From positions 1 to 18,122 of IMG/VR virus record IMGVR_UViG_2778261416_000003: a stretch of 18,122 bases of DNA. The stretch is one strand, 5' to 3'. How positions within the stretch are numbered: the stretch's first letter is position 1; each line of letters starts with the position of its first letter. Both the position numbers and the translations under genes were made by a program. The notes below the pieces were generated by a model, which saw nothing but the letters and a program-made list of their open reading frames with translations, had not been told where the DNA came from and did no database searches. Source of the stretch: a virus. Taxonomy: Duplodnaviria > Heunggongvirae > Uroviricota > Caudoviricetes. Below are positions 16,975 to 18,122 of this stretch, in pieces.

Positions 16975-17097
16975 AGCAGCCTCTTACGCTGGCAATTAAC
17001 CAATTGACTTCTATAAATTAGTTGATTTGTTTGCTTTGCGGTATTCAAATGTACAATCATTCAGCACTTATGCGTTACAGCACCGTTTAAAATTAGT

Positions 17098-17190
17098 GAT
17101 CAAACTCATAAATTTTCGCTAATGACATTTCGTGTTATTTGTTGTATCAATTAAATAAATCAAATCGATCGTTTTTGTCGATCGATTGAG
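17098..17190 (+). promoter_or_regulatory. com-mom upstream regulatory region with three GATC (Dam) sites and a palindrome
   Basis: GATC at 17098..17101, 17167..17170 and 17180..17183; palindrome AATCGATCG-N7-CGATCGATT (17163..17187); Mu mom is known to be controlled by Dam methylation of three upstream GATC sites. Confidence 0.4.
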
Positions 17191-17230
17191 TGATAAAGAT
17201 ATCAACAACAAAGCAGGAGGTTATGCGGCC

Positions 17231-17431
17231 ATGTATCGAAACATACGGTGCCGACATTGTAACAAGCTACTGGCACGAGCCAGCTTCAGTTATCTGGAAG
17301 TTAAATGTCCGCGCTGTAAAACCCTCAATCAAATCACATCTCAGAGCGCCACAGAGCACCCCACATACACAAGGAAATCCTGTCGTGGGGAACAGAAAGC
17401 AAGTTACATCCCGTATCATCAGCACGCCTGA
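17231..17431 (+). CDS. com: Com-like zinc-finger translational activator of mom
   Basis: 66 aa; CxxC...CxxC (CRHC ... CPRC); AGGAGG 10 nt upstream of ATG 17231; overlaps the mom reading frame as in Mu. Confidence 0.75.
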   Translation: MYRNIRCRHCNKLLARASFSYLEVKCPRCKTLNQITSQSATEHPTYTRKSCRGEQKASYIPYHQHA

Positions 17432-18122
17432 ACTTATTCACTATAACGACAATATCGTCGGTTATGGCTCCCGTGAGTTACGGGTTGAGACAATAAGTTG
17501 CTGGCTGGCCCGGCTGGTCGTCGTCAATAAACATTACAGCCATCGTTTCGTAAATAATTCCTACCTTCATCTGGGCATATTTTCAGAACGGGAGCTGGTT
17601 GGCGTAATGCAATGGGGTTATGCCCTTAATCCAAACAATGGTGCACGCGTCGTAACTGGCACGCAGAACCGCGAATATATGGAGCTTAACCGGTTATGGC
17701 TGCATGACTGTATGCCGAGAAACTCCGAATCAAGGGCAATCAGTTACGCGCTCAAACTAATCAGACAACTTTATCCGCAGGTGCAGTGGGTTCAGTCGTT
17801 TGCAGATGAGCGTTGTGGCTGTCTTGGTGTCGTGTACCAGGCAAGCAATTTTGATTATGTAGGCAGTCATGAAACAACATTCTATGAACTTGATGGCGAG
17901 TGGTATCACGAGATTTGCAAGAATGCAATCAAACGAGGAGGACAGCGAGGTGAACATCTGCGGGCTAATATCGACAGAGCCAGTGTTCATAAATTCCGTC
18001 AGTTTCGTTACATCCGGTTTCTGGACAAGAGAGCCAGAAAACGCCTTAACACAAAGCTATTCAAAGTCCAGCCTTACCCAAAACCACAAACAGTTAAAAC
18101 TGGTTTGAAAGAGAGTGAATGA
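17385..18122 (+). CDS. mom: Mom-like DNA modification protein; start uncertain (ORF open from 17190)
   Basis: Long ORF in a different frame overlapping the 3' half of com; GTG 17385 has AGGA 9 nt upstream; rightmost-gene position after gin and com as in Mu. Confidence 0.7.
   Translation: MGNRKQVTSRIISTPELIHYNDNIVGYGSRELRVETISCWLARLVVVNKHYSHRFVNNSYLHLGIFSERELVGVMQWGYALNPNNGARVVTGTQNREYMELNRLWLHDCMPRNSESRAISYALKLIRQLYPQVQWVQSFADERCGCLGVVYQASNFDYVGSHETTFYELDGEWYHEICKNAIKRGGQRGEHLRANIDRASVHKFRQFRYIRFLDKRARKRLNTKLFKVQPYPKPQTVKTGLKESE

Larger units (their letters stand above)
1..18122 (+). mobile_element. Mu-like transposable prophage, partial or deleted derivative (A-B-early-gam ... baseplate-fibre-gin ... 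com-mom); left end (c, ner, attL) and right end (attR) lie outside the window
   Basis: Gene order and protein similarity to the Mu A, B, Gam, gp45-48, S/U, Gin, Com and Mom modules; all on the + strand except invertible-segment genes and two small morons. Confidence 0.8.

Noticed and set aside
17190-17384. N-terminal 65 codons of the 310-aa ORF as part of Mom
   Set aside because: This stretch overlaps com in another frame; the AGGAGG RBS serves ATG 17231 (com), and ATG 17223 sits only 2 nt from it. Mom more probably starts internally (GTG 17385), though this is unverified.
1-18122. CRISPR arrays, tRNA or rRNA genes, and Mu attL/attR end sequences
   Set aside because: No spaced direct-repeat arrays or cloverleaf-type structures were noticed; the window begins at the transposase start codon and ends at the mom stop codon, so the Mu ends, if present, lie outside it.

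Overview
The window is a compact, apparently head-less Mu-like transposable prophage derivative. Reading left to right on the + strand: MuA-like DDE transposase (1..2091), MuB-like AAA+ ATPase (2174..3106), a run of about twelve small early genes including a clear Mu Gam homologue (4459..4989), one AT-rich minus-strand gene (7697..8107), and a GemA-like remnant that changes frame (8172..8592). This early block runs directly into Mu-type baseplate genes (gp45/46/47/48-like, 8585..11259) and a short tail-fibre gene (11259..12140) whose C-terminus sits in a Gin-invertible segment (about 11788..13106) bounded by gix-like sites and a ~124-bp inverted repeat. The segment also carries a minus-strand tail-fibre assembly gene and an alternative fibre C-terminal cassette. 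Downstream are a Gin/Pin/Hin serine invertase (13184..13756), a 684-aa NanS-p-like sialate O-acetylesterase (13842..15896), an AT-rich block of three small genes with their own hairpins, and a com-mom DNA-modification module (17231..18122) preceded by three GATC sites. Mor, C, lysis, head, sheath, tube and tape-measure genes are absent. No rRNA, tRNA or CRISPR array was recognised. I could not identify a specific new defence system; the best candidates for undescribed biology are the head-less architecture, the asymmetric invertible cassette, the esterase cargo and the small-gene block, all listed below. All homology calls are from reading the translated ORFs against remembered family features, not from any search.
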